Assembly: GCA_047614865.1 (NCBI GenBank)
Contig: JBLHFB010000001.1
Coordinates: forward strand, 1 to 25,169
DNA from: Gammaproteobacteria bacterium
GTDB taxonomy: Bacteria; Pseudomonadota; Gammaproteobacteria; JAPPPA01
Length of the DNA stretch: 25,169 bases
Direction of reading: 5' to 3'
The position numbers and the translations under genes are program-made. Below, piece by piece: positions 9,218-17,733 of the stretch; position 1 is the stretch's first letter, and each line of letters begins with the position of its first letter. The notes beneath the pieces were generated by a model, which saw only the letters and a program-made list of their open reading frames with translations, searched no databases and had not been told where the DNA came from.

Positions 9218-9245
9218 ATTATATAGAGTCTTCCTCCAATGTCAA
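9218..9245 (-). promoter_or_regulatory. Sigma-70 promoter of the csp gene
   Basis: Minus strand reads TTGACA (9245-9240), 16 nt spacer, TATAAT (9223-9218). Both hexamers are exact consensus. Confidence 0.85.
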
Positions 9246-9275
9246 AGCATTTACTACTGTCTGTCGTATAGTTAT

Positions 9276-9554
9276 CTATCGATAAACCAGATACGCCAAT
9301 AAGCCTACACTTCCCAGAACGCAAGTCACAACAACAAACGGCCAGTAATGCAGCTTGTTAAGTCGTGCATCTGTAATGCTAAAGCCAATCGCGATCACTG
9401 CGGCAATAATTAAATCAACAGCAATCTGCCTTGCGCCCCAACTGGCTAGCCCCTCTTCAAATAGGCTGACATAGCCGGTCTGCATTAATACGTGTGCCGT
9501 CAAGGGGGAGAAAGCAACGAGTGCTATTGAGCTTAGGGCTAAACGCAGTGACAT
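9276..9554 (-). CDS. Small membrane protein, DUF2834-like
   Basis: Three hydrophobic segments; WGARQIAVDL, DAR and WPFVVVTCVLGSVGLLAYL resemble DUF2834 as I recall it. Start moved from the track's 9611 to the ATG at 9554, which has a GAGGG RBS 7-11 nt upstream. Confidence 0.65.
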   Translation of the reverse strand: MSLRLALSSIALVAFSPLTAHVLMQTGYVSLFEEGLASWGARQIAVDLIIAAVIAIGFSITDARLNKLHYWPFVVVTCVLGSVGLLAYLVYR

Positions 9555-9610
9555 TAGTGGCCCTCTGTTGATGAAGGGCAACAGTGTTGTTGATACGCTG
9601 AATTCAATCA

Positions 9611-9627
9611 ATTACCTCCGGGGTAAT
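9611..9627. promoter_or_regulatory. Palindromic operator candidate ATTACC-N5-GGTAAT
   Basis: ATTACCTCCGGGGTAAT lies in the 106-bp gap between divergent genes; a second GGTAAT half-site is at 9646-9651. Confidence 0.6.
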
Positions 9628-9660
9628 CGTTTCGCTACTAAAATAGGTAATACTGGCGCC

Positions 9661-10473
9661 ATGACTACTAACAGCGAATTTGGACGACTCCTTAAAGAGT
9701 GGCGCAGCCTACGCAACTTAAGCCAACTAGACCTATCGGTTGATGCGGGAATTTCACAACGCCATATAAGCTTTTTAGAGTCTGGCCGCTCAAAGCCAAG
9801 CCGTGAAATAATCCTGTTGCTAGCCGAAGTATTGAATTTACCACTGCGCGAACGTAATGCGATTCTCCTAGCCGCAGGCTACGCGAGCGTCTACCAGCAA
9901 CGCGATCTCTCGTCATCCGAGATGCAGGCGATTAGGCAGGCGCTGGAACTTACTCTGCGCCATCACGAGCCCTACCCTGCTCTAGTAGCTGATCGCGATT
10001 GGAATATGCTGATGGCCAACAATTCCATGCAGAAAGTATTCGGTTTGTTCGGAAATTTGGATGCGCTGTGGAAAGAAACTTGTCCAGACGGTGCGAAGAA
10101 CGTACTAAGACTCACATGCCATGAAAACGGCCTGAGAAAGTACTGTGACAACTGGGAAGAGCTGGGGCCGATGCTGCTTATGCGTTCGCGGCGCGAAGCA
10201 AACTTGCAAGGCAATGCCGAGCTAAATGCGATGCTTGATGAAATCGCAACCTGGCCGGGGATTCCAGACAGCTGGACACGTTTGGATATTCAACACGCGG
10301 CCCCGCCAATTATCCCGATGAGCATCACCCAAGGAGGCCTAACGATTAAGCTGTTTTCGCTTATATCCACCTTTGGGACAGCTCATGACGTGACCGCAGA
10401 AGAACTACGGGTTGAATGCTTCTTTCCAGCCGACGAGCGCAGTAAGCAACTGATTACTGCGCTGGCCGGCTAG
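9661..10473 (+). CDS. XRE-family HTH regulator with MmyB-like ligand-binding domain
   Basis: N-terminal LSQLDLSVDAGISQRHISFLESGRSKPSRE HTH; ERNAILLAAGY linker; C-terminal EPYPALVADRDWN, NVLRL and ELRVECFFPAD. Start moved from 9568 to ATG 9661 so the HTH is N-terminal. Confidence 0.88.
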   Translation: MTTNSEFGRLLKEWRSLRNLSQLDLSVDAGISQRHISFLESGRSKPSREIILLLAEVLNLPLRERNAILLAAGYASVYQQRDLSSSEMQAIRQALELTLRHHEPYPALVADRDWNMLMANNSMQKVFGLFGNLDALWKETCPDGAKNVLRLTCHENGLRKYCDNWEELGPMLLMRSRREANLQGNAELNAMLDEIATWPGIPDSWTRLDIQHAAPPIIPMSITQGGLTIKLFSLISTFGTAHDVTAEELRVECFFPADERSKQLITALAG

Positions 10474-10499
10474 ACTCGCCCAAGATAGCCCGCTGCGGC

Positions 10500-12362
10500 C
10501 TATGCCCCACCTAGGCGATCTATACGCGTCTGCAACATTGCTTTGCGCCCAGGATCGTCTGAGACGTTCTTAAGCCGCTGGAACAACCTTGCTGCATCTT
10601 CACGCAAACCCGCTTCTTGAAGCTGAATCGCCGACTCAAAGCGAGCAGTTTGTGCCCATTGATCCATTGAAAACGGATCGAGCTGGCCTGCTGACAATAA
10701 GTAATGATGTGCCGCCTCCAAATGCAGGTCCACACCCTTGTATGAGTCTGCAAGCCAAAAGTGCAGCTCACGACGGCGTTGGTCATCTAAGTCACGCTTT
10801 TCTAGCTGATTAAGAAAGTTGATTGCCGAGGTGTGTTCACCCGCTGCTTGGAAATCAAAAATAACCTGCATTAGCCGATCGCCCTGCTGAGAATCCAACT
10901 GAGAGTTCTCTTCAAGAATTTGCTGCATTGCCAAATGTCCTGCGCCCGCTTTACCAGCTAGCACCAAGACCCGCGCTCGTCGCATCTGCCAGTTAAGCCG
11001 TGAAGTACCTTCTGGAGGCTCAGCTAGGCTATCCATTAGCCGTGACGCGTCGGCTATTTGCTGGCTATTGAGGAGATACTCGACTAAGTCGTAGCGGACA
11101 TCCAGAGGCAGGTTAGCCAAATCGGAAAAGCTACCGGAATCGAGTAATAGCCGCTTCAGAATCAAGCCACCCTTTTTCGCGCTTAACAGCCGCTTGCTGA
11201 ATAACCGGAAAGCATCATCACTGTCGTCGCCACCGTTGGTAGCCAACGCCAATAAAGCAGCCAATGCAGGACCACGCTTCCACTCGCTGATCGCAGAAAA
11301 TTTATCGTCGCTGGATCTATTCTTGAGGTTGCTGCCGTTTAGCATCATGTGTCCGGCACGCACTAGCGCATCCAGATACCACGTATCTTCTACACGAAGC
11401 AACGATTCGCCATGCAGATCTAGCGGCGCGAGAACTACCGCCTTGAGTATTGCTTCGGAGGCCGCTATTGGGTGAGTGAGCTGAACAGCCGCTTCATGAG
11501 CAAGGATTGCTGCACTCTTACGCCAGTCCGGGGCGTTCTCGCTGTTGTCAGCAACTTGTAGCGCATTACTAAGAACAGCCAAGGCCGCGACTCTCTGAGA
11601 CTCCGGAGTAGCCGTCCTACGCTCAAACTGTTCACGCAGCTGCGCCACACCTTTTGCTAGCTGTGCTTCTGGATAGCCGTCTAGTTGTAGTAACCGCCAT
11701 GCATCTTCATAGCGCTTGTCATACAGCGCGACTCGCGCTTCTAGGCGGTCAAGCGCTCCTAGCGAACGTGATACGTAGTCACGAGGAAAGCGTTGAATCC
11801 CCGGCCGAATTTGGCTGCGCTTATTTGAATGCTCGTAGTCCGTGACGTATAAAGACGAGGCCACCTGGGCTTCAGAATATAGCGCCTCTTCAAGAAACGC
11901 CTTAATCAGCTGGCGCCGCCATGTAGGCAACCAGTCAGCTTGCTGCTGACGAAGAATGACTTGCGGCGTACCCTGCCCACTGGCCGTTGCCCAAATGGCG
12001 TTACGGAGCAATGCTCTCGCTTCGGTAGGCTTACCAATGGCCATAAGCCCTTCGGCGCGTTGTGAAATCGCCCAGTAGCGATATTCCGCCGCGGCATTGC
12101 TGGGAATAACCGCTAACAAATCTAGCGCTTCATTCCAGTTGCCTAAACTACGACTCACTTCAATTTGCCTACTCTGCCAGACTTGCCATCCAGAGATGTC
12201 TTCTTCAGAACGTGGCCGGTATTGCTCAAGCAGCTTGACTGCCAGCTGGCCGGCTCCAACCTGAGACAGAGCACTCAACTCGTCTATAGTCGTACCCGCG
12301 CCGCTGGACAGGGGTGTTAGCGAAAAAGCGGCTGCAAATAAAAGCGTGAAGGAATGTCTCAT
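10500..12362 (-). CDS. Hypothetical exported alpha-helical repeat (TPR-like) protein
   Basis: 620-aa ORF filling the gap, with an in-frame TAG at 12372-12374 fixing the start. Sec-type signal MRHSFTLLFAAAFSLTPLSSGA; TPR-like helix pairs such as ELHFWLADSYKG...EAAHHY and RRARVLVLAGK...A. Confidence 0.7.
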   Translation of the reverse strand: MRHSFTLLFAAAFSLTPLSSGAGTTIDELSALSQVGAGQLAVKLLEQYRPRSEEDISGWQVWQSRQIEVSRSLGNWNEALDLLAVIPSNAAAEYRYWAISQRAEGLMAIGKPTEARALLRNAIWATASGQGTPQVILRQQQADWLPTWRRQLIKAFLEEALYSEAQVASSLYVTDYEHSNKRSQIRPGIQRFPRDYVSRSLGALDRLEARVALYDKRYEDAWRLLQLDGYPEAQLAKGVAQLREQFERRTATPESQRVAALAVLSNALQVADNSENAPDWRKSAAILAHEAAVQLTHPIAASEAILKAVVLAPLDLHGESLLRVEDTWYLDALVRAGHMMLNGSNLKNRSSDDKFSAISEWKRGPALAALLALATNGGDDSDDAFRLFSKRLLSAKKGGLILKRLLLDSGSFSDLANLPLDVRYDLVEYLLNSQQIADASRLMDSLAEPPEGTSRLNWQMRRARVLVLAGKAGAGHLAMQQILEENSQLDSQQGDRLMQVIFDFQAAGEHTSAINFLNQLEKRDLDDQRRRELHFWLADSYKGVDLHLEAAHHYLLSAGQLDPFSMDQWAQTARFESAIQLQEAGLREDAARLFQRLKNVSDDPGRKAMLQTRIDRLGGA

Positions 12363-12436
12363 AGCGAGAAACTATCTCATTGGCTAAGGCTGAATACAAT
12401 CGACAACTGCAGCCTGGGATGTCCTGATGGCGAAAC

Positions 12437-12469
12437 CAAAAACGGGCCAGCAATGCTGACCCGTTTTTG
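12437..12469 (-). terminator. Rho-independent terminator after rplS
   Basis: Minus strand CAAAAACGGGTCAGC-ATT-GCTGGCCCGTTTTTG; the stem has one G-U pair and is followed by a U-run, 40 nt after the rplS stop. Confidence 0.8.
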
Positions 12470-12508
12470 TTGACACAAGGTAAAGAAAGCTCTCTACAAA
12501 GTGGCTGT

Positions 12509-12853
12509 TTACAGTTTTTCCTTAATACGTGCTGCTTTACCGCGTAATGCGCGCAAGTAATAAAGTTTAGCGCGACGCACTTTACCGCGACGCTTAACCT
12601 GAATTTCTCCGATTTGCTGAGAGTACGTTTGGAACGTACGCTCAACGCCTTCGCCGTTAGAAATCTTGCGAACTGTAAACGCAGAGTTCAAACCGCGGTT
12701 GCGCTTAGCGATGCAAACACCTTCAAACGCCTGAAGACGCTCACGGTTACCTTCTTTTACTTTAACTTGAACTACAAGCGTGTCGCCAGCGCCAAAGTTA
12801 GGTATTTCGCGGGTCATTTGTTCTTGTTCAATTGCTTGAATGATGTTGCTCAT
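12509..12853 (-). CDS. rplS: 50S ribosomal protein L19
   Basis: [32 protein letters not shown]; last gene of the S16 operon. Confidence 0.98.
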   Translation of the reverse strand: MSNIIQAIEQEQMTREIPNFGAGDTLVVQVKVKEGNRERLQAFEGVCIAKRNRGLNSAFTVRKISNGEGVERTFQTYSQQIGEIQVKRRGKVRRAKLYYLRALRGKAARIKEKL

Positions 12854-12901
12854 CGTTTCAACCTCAGTTTGCTGTACGCCTCTCGGCGTTCAATTCCAAA
12901 T

Positions 12902-13654
12902 TTAATTCTGTGTATCAATCTCGTTCAAGGCTGCACGAAGGCGTTTTCCTTGGACGCTGCTTGCGGGCCATGCTCGCAAACAGTTATCAATTAGGTCCGG
13001 CCTCAGCACTTGCGTGCGTTCAACTCGGGTTTGGTAACGCCAAGCTTCAATCGCCTGATGATTACCACTCTTGAGCACTTCTGGAATGCTCTGCCCTTCA
13101 TACTGCTCGGGTCGCGTGTAGTGAGGGCAATCTAGCAGTCCGTCTGAAAACGAGTCTTGCTCTGCCGACTGCTTATCCCCCAATACTTCAGGAACCAAGC
13201 GGCCTACCGCGTCCATCACAACCAGTGCGGCTAACTCGCCACCGCTGAGGACATAGTCGCCGATAGAGATTTCCTCATCGACTAAAGTATCCAGCACTCG
13301 CTGGTCTACCCCTTCATAACGACCACATAGCAAAACCACGTGCTCGCTTTTACTTAACGCTTTTGCCAATTCATGCGTGAGTGGTTTGCCCTGAGGGCTC
13401 ATATATACCACTTTCGCTTTGCCATTTTTAGCAACGTCTTGCAACGTTGCCGCCAACGGTTCTGGCTTCATCACCATTCCGGGGCCACCGCCATAAGGCC
13501 GGTCATCCACGGTGCGATGCTTGTCGGTTGTGTAGTCCCTAGGGTTCCACACTCCCAACTGCAGTATGCCGGCTTCGAAAGCTCGTCCTACTACCCCAGC
13601 TTTAGCAGATTGCTCCACCATCTCGGGGAACAAAGTGACGACATCAAATTTCAC
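12902..13654 (-). CDS. trmD: tRNA (guanine-N1)-methyltransferase
   Basis: [39 protein letters not shown]; GTG start. Confidence 0.98.
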   Translation of the reverse strand: MKFDVVTLFPEMVEQSAKAGVVGRAFEAGILQLGVWNPRDYTTDKHRTVDDRPYGGGPGMVMKPEPLAATLQDVAKNGKAKVVYMSPQGKPLTHELAKALSKSEHVVLLCGRYEGVDQRVLDTLVDEEISIGDYVLSGGELAALVVMDAVGRLVPEVLGDKQSAEQDSFSDGLLDCPHYTRPEQYEGQSIPEVLKSGNHQAIEAWRYQTRVERTQVLRPDLIDNCLRAWPASSVQGKRLRAALNEIDTQN

Positions 13655-13658
13655 TTTG

Positions 13659-14186
13659 TTAAAAGTCTGCAGGCCAATCGACAGTTATAAGGCTGCTTTT
13701 TAGATCTACCGACTTAATAATTTCGCCAGTCACAAACGGTACTAAGCATTCGTCACCCTTGGGGCACTTAAGCACCAAGACGTCGTTCGCGCCAGTTTCC
13801 ATCATCGACTTAACAACACCTAACGTTGCCGCTTCAGTGTTTACTACGTTTAGACCAACAAGGTCTGTCCAGTAGTATCCGTCTTCACTATGGTCAAGTG
13901 ACGGCAACTCGTTTCTGTCTATCGCTATATCGCGAGCTACAAGCTCTCGCGCTTTATCTCGGTCGTCGAATCCGTCGACCTTGATAACAAAACCTAGGCC
14001 ATGCGGCTTCCGGTTAGCGATTTCAAGTTGTTTCCAGTGGTTACCTGTTTCAATCCAGAGATTCTTATAACTAAGAACGTTCTCTGCAGGCTCAGTATGA
14101 GAAAACAACTTAACCCAACCCTTGATGCCGTATACGCCGCTAATGCGGCCAACAACAAGTGGTTGGGTTAGAGCTACGTCAACCAT
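13659..14186 (-). CDS. rimM: Ribosome maturation factor RimM
   Basis: [29 protein letters not shown]; lies between rpsP and trmD. Confidence 0.97.
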   Translation of the reverse strand: MVDVALTQPLVVGRISGVYGIKGWVKLFSHTEPAENVLSYKNLWIETGNHWKQLEIANRKPHGLGFVIKVDGFDDRDKARELVARDIAIDRNELPSLDHSEDGYYWTDLVGLNVVNTEAATLGVVKSMMETGANDVLVLKCPKGDECLVPFVTGEIIKSVDLKSSLITVDWPADF

Positions 14187-14200
14187 GACGCAGTTCCGAC

Positions 14201-14461
14201 TTATGCCGCTACAACTGCCGCTTTGCGAGCGTCTTTAAGAAGCTTCGCAACGCGATCAGACGGCTGAGCGCCAGTACCGATCCAGTAGTCAACACGCTCT
14301 AAATTCACATTTAGAGTTTGCTCTTGACCACGGGCCATTGGGTTGAAGTAACCAACTTTCTCGATAAAACGGCCATCACGAGGATTGCGGCTATCGGTAG
14401 CAACAAGGTGATAGAAAGGATGTTTTAGCGAGCCACCGCGGGCTAGACGTATAGTAACCAT
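14201..14461 (-). CDS. rpsP: 30S ribosomal protein S16
   Basis: [36 protein letters not shown]. Confidence 0.98.
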   Translation of the reverse strand: MVTIRLARGGSLKHPFYHLVATDSRNPRDGRFIEKVGYFNPMARGQEQTLNVNLERVDYWIGTGAQPSDRVAKLLKDARKAAVVAA

Positions 14462-14497
14462 GTAATAATAACGGGTTCAGACTTTAGAAGGGTGCGC

Positions 14498-14525
14498 ATT
14501 GTACGTCAATAAACGGGAATGTGAA
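14498..14525 (-). promoter_or_regulatory. Putative sigma-70 promoter of the rpsP operon
   Basis: Minus strand TTCACA (14525-14520), 16 nt, TACAAT (14503-14498); each hexamer is one mismatch from consensus. Confidence 0.5.
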
Positions 14526-14552
14526 GCGCTTTTTTACCTAAGTTTTAGCTAT

Positions 14553-15344
14553 CTAGGCGAGTACGAATTCAAGAACGAATTTAGAACCGAAATATCCCAG
14601 CGCCAACAAGCTGTATCCACCCACGGTGTACCGCACGGCGGTCTTTCCGCGCCAGCCGAGTTGACGCCGGCCGATTAAGAGAACCGCCATAACAATCCAA
14701 GCAAGTACAGTTAATACGGTTTTATGTATCAGATGCTGCCCAGCGAGGTCCTCGGTGAACGCCATTCCGCTAATTAAGGCTGCACTTAGAATCACAAAAC
14801 CGAGCAGCAATAGGCGAAAAAGGTAAATTTCCATCGAGTCTAATGGAGGCAACGCCTCAGTCAGAATATTCTGTTTGCGTTGCTTAATCTGTGATTCCTG
14901 CAGTGCAAGCAAAAGCGCTTGCAAGGTGGCTAGCGAGAATAGCCCCAATGCCACAACAGACAACAGCACATGACCGCTAACGGCTAAAGGCACACTGTCA
15001 ACAGCACCCTGATTGAGTCGACTGGCTTGCTCACCAAGAATTGCAATTATTGCTAGCGGCTGAAGGATCAATCCCAAACCGGCGTTTGAACGACTGCTCT
15101 TCGTACTGAGTAGTACCCCCACGGCACAGGCAGTGACTAATGACAAAGCGCGCAGAAGCTGAAAATCTATCGCTGCCGCCTCCAACCAAAACACCAGCAG
15201 ACCAATGCAATGAGCCGCCAGTGCAATTGCAGACAGGCCACCGATTGACTCCGCCACTTGTTGATTAACAACAGAGCGTGCAAGGCGTGTAGAGGAAGTG
15301 GCATAAGCCGCGATTGCGACCAAAGCTAGAATAAAGCTGAGCAT
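14553..15344 (-). CDS. ypjD: Inner-membrane CcsA-like protein YpjD
   Basis: About 8 TM segments; HVLLSVVA, LPPLDSME, HKTVLTVLAW, WRG and LGYFGSKFVLE; divergent from ffh. ATG 15344 preferred over the track's GTG at 15398. Confidence 0.85.
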   Translation of the reverse strand: MLSFILALVAIAAYATSSTRLARSVVNQQVAESIGGLSAIALAAHCIGLLVFWLEAAAIDFQLLRALSLVTACAVGVLLSTKSSRSNAGLGLILQPLAIIAILGEQASRLNQGAVDSVPLAVSGHVLLSVVALGLFSLATLQALLLALQESQIKQRKQNILTEALPPLDSMEIYLFRLLLLGFVILSAALISGMAFTEDLAGQHLIHKTVLTVLAWIVMAVLLIGRRQLGWRGKTAVRYTVGGYSLLALGYFGSKFVLEFVLA

Positions 15345-15437
15345 TGACAGATATTGGCATAACAACAGCTTGTGGCCAACCGCTATAATGTTTGCCACTC
15401 AAATTAAACCAGCGATAACGCTGAAATACAGATTCTT

Positions 15438-16919
15438 ATGTTCGACAACTTAACCGACCGCCTCTCTTCCAGCCTACGTAAAGTTACTGGCCGCTCGCAC
15501 ATCAGCGAAGACAACATTAAGGAAGCCCTGCGTGAAGTTCGCATGGCGCTTCTCGAAGCGGATGTTGCTCTGCCAGTAGTTAAGGCCTTTATAGACCAAG
15601 TTAAAGCACGCGCGGTGGGTGCAGAAGTCGGCAAGGGGCTGGATGCCGGCCAAGCCTTCATTAAGATCGTTAATGAAGAGCTGACTAACGTTATTGGTGT
15701 AGCAAACGAGTCTCTCGACCTGCGTGCACAGGCTCCGGCAGTCATGCTGCTAGCCGGCCTCCAAGGCGCGGGTAAAACCACCACCACCGCCAAGCTTGCG
15801 CGCTTCTTAAAAGAGAAAGAAAAGAAAAAAGTGATGGTGGTTAGTTGTGACGTTTATCGTCCTGCCGCTATTGAACAGCTTAGAACGGTTGCAGAGCAAG
15901 TGGGCGCAACCTTCTTCCCAAGCAGCATTGACCAGAAGCCGATAGATATTGCCAAAGCGGCAATTGATGCCGCCCGTAAGCAGCATATCGATGTGCTCCT
16001 AGTTGATACCGCCGGCCGAATGCACGTCGACGGCGAGATGATGACCGAGATCAAAGATCTCCACGCGGCCATCAACCCGGTTGAGACGCTCTTTGTCGTT
16101 GACAGTATGACCGGCCAAGATGCCGCGATTACCGCAAAAGCCTTTGACGATGCGCTGCCGCTAACGGGCGTGATCCTTACAAAAACTGATGGCGATGCAC
16201 GCGGCGGCGCAGCGCTGTCTATTCGGCATATCACGGGCAAGCCAATCAAGTTCTTGGGGGTTGGCGAAAAAGTAGATGCGCTCGAACCATTCCATCCAGA
16301 TCGCCTAGCTTCTCGCATTTTGGGTATGGGCGACATCATGTCGCTAATCGAAGATGTTGAAGCCAAAGTCGACACGCAAAAAGCCGAGCGCCTCGCTAAG
16401 AAAATCACCTCGGGCAAAGGCGGCTTCTCGCTTGTCGATATGCGCGACCAGCTAGAACAAGTTAACAATATGGGCGACATCGGCGGCTTGCTAAGCAAGA
16501 TGCCGGGGATGGCTGGAATGGCCAAGCAGATGGCGGCTCAAGTCAATAACAAAGACATTTCCCGCCAAATTGCGATCATCAATTCAATGACCAAGAAAGA
16601 ACGCCGCAATGCCGAACTCATCAAAGGCTCTCGTAAACGGCGTATTGCTGAAGGTTCTGGTCTGCAAATCGTAGACGTGAACCGCGTGCTTAAACAGCAC
16701 AAGCAAATGGAAAAAATGATGAAGAAAATGGGCGGCGGCGGAATGGCCAAAATGATGCGCGGAATGGGCGGCATGGTGGGTCAAATGCCAGGCGGAATGC
16801 CCAGTGGTGGCCAAGACGGGCTGCCTGGGCCGGGCAGTAAGCTTGGCGCTGGGGGCTTAGGTGCCAATGGCCTTCCACCACTAGGCAATAAAGACGATAA
16901 GGGTAAGTTTCCCTTCTAG
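15438..16919 (+). CDS. ffh: Signal recognition particle protein Ffh
   Basis: MFDNLTDRL, GLQGAGKTTT, DTAGR, TKTDGDARGG, GSRKRRIAEGSG, Met-rich M domain. Confidence 0.98.
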   Translation: MFDNLTDRLSSSLRKVTGRSHISEDNIKEALREVRMALLEADVALPVVKAFIDQVKARAVGAEVGKGLDAGQAFIKIVNEELTNVIGVANESLDLRAQAPAVMLLAGLQGAGKTTTTAKLARFLKEKEKKKVMVVSCDVYRPAAIEQLRTVAEQVGATFFPSSIDQKPIDIAKAAIDAARKQHIDVLLVDTAGRMHVDGEMMTEIKDLHAAINPVETLFVVDSMTGQDAAITAKAFDDALPLTGVILTKTDGDARGGAALSIRHITGKPIKFLGVGEKVDALEPFHPDRLASRILGMGDIMSLIEDVEAKVDTQKAERLAKKITSGKGGFSLVDMRDQLEQVNNMGDIGGLLSKMPGMAGMAKQMAAQVNNKDISRQIAIINSMTKKERRNAELIKGSRKRRIAEGSGLQIVDVNRVLKQHKQMEKMMKKMGGGGMAKMMRGMGGMVGQMPGGMPSGGQDGLPGPGSKLGAGGLGANGLPPLGNKDDKGKFPF

Positions 16920-16928
16920 TTTGCCGCC

Positions 16929-17720
16929 TTAGCTAAAGGTCGCATTTAGCTTACGTAGTTCTTCCGCTGAAAAGCCCGCCTCTGCGCGGGCTTTTTCGTT
17001 CATGGGAAGCTTTACTTGGGTGTCGTACTCAGCCAACAACTCTAGAAAGTAGCTTTCGTGGTCTAGCCCGCGCTGCTGGCAAAGAAACTGATACCAGTGC
17101 GAGCCAATTTCAACGTGGCGCACTTCTTCGGCAAGAATCACTTTCAACACCGCAACCGTTTCCGGGTCATTGGCCCCTGTTAGGCGACGAATCATCCCCG
17201 GAGTTACGTCGAGACCACGTGCCTCTAACACGCGCGGCACTAAGGCCATCCTAACTAGCACATCATGGTCAGACCTTACCGCCATGTCCCACAGTCCGTT
17301 GTGCGCTCGATAATCACCATAGCTACAGCCCATCAGCGCCATGCGATCAACTAACAAAGAGAAGTGGCGAGCTTCGTCCCACGCTACTGATAACCAATCA
17401 ACATAATACTGGGTTGGCATGTCACGGAATCGGTAGCAGGCATCTAAGGCAAGATTAATTGCGTTGAATTCGATATGAGCTACGGCATGGCACATCGCCG
17501 CCCTGCCCGCTTGGGTGCCTAATCCGCGATGAGGAACATCTCGAGGATCAATAAGCTCTGGCTTTATCGGTCGGCCTGGGGCGGCGAAAGGAACAACTGG
17601 CAAATGCGGCTGAGAGAAGTCGGGAACGGCAGCTGACTGATAAAGCTGATCAATCAAGGCTCGCTTTACTAGAGGCTCTGTCGCCATTAGAGCAGCGTAG
17701 ACAGCCTCAAAGTAGCTCAT
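16929..17720 (-). CDS. Ferritin-like domain protein, DUF455-like
   Basis: HAVAHIEFNAINLALD, DEARHF, HNGLW, VLEARGLD, EEVRHV (di-iron ExxH pattern). Confidence 0.82.
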   Translation of the reverse strand: MSYFEAVYAALMATEPLVKRALIDQLYQSAAVPDFSQPHLPVVPFAAPGRPIKPELIDPRDVPHRGLGTQAGRAAMCHAVAHIEFNAINLALDACYRFRDMPTQYYVDWLSVAWDEARHFSLLVDRMALMGCSYGDYRAHNGLWDMAVRSDHDVLVRMALVPRVLEARGLDVTPGMIRRLTGANDPETVAVLKVILAEEVRHVEIGSHWYQFLCQQRGLDHESYFLELLAEYDTQVKLPMNEKARAEAGFSAEELRKLNATFS

Positions 17721-17733
17721 CGAAGCCTGAGCG

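Noticed and set aside
9133-9324. 63-aa ORF partly in the csp upstream region
   Set aside because: Overlaps the DUF2834-like gene out of frame and runs across the csp promoter and leader; no RBS or motif.
9561-9584. CTGTTG-N8-CAACAG hairpin whose loop (CCCT) could pair with the AGGG RBS of the DUF2834-like gene
   Set aside because: A pseudoknot would need zero-length loops, and the alternative 4-bp pairing is too weak to claim a switch.
15854-16525. 223-aa antisense ORF inside ffh, and other long shadow ORFs (e.g. 7301-7690, 12226-12645, 12614-12994, 15404-15793, 23682-24038)
   Set aside because: They lie on the opposite strand or in an alternative frame of well-supported genes, show no recognisable motifs, and fit the usual antisense shadows of coding sequence.
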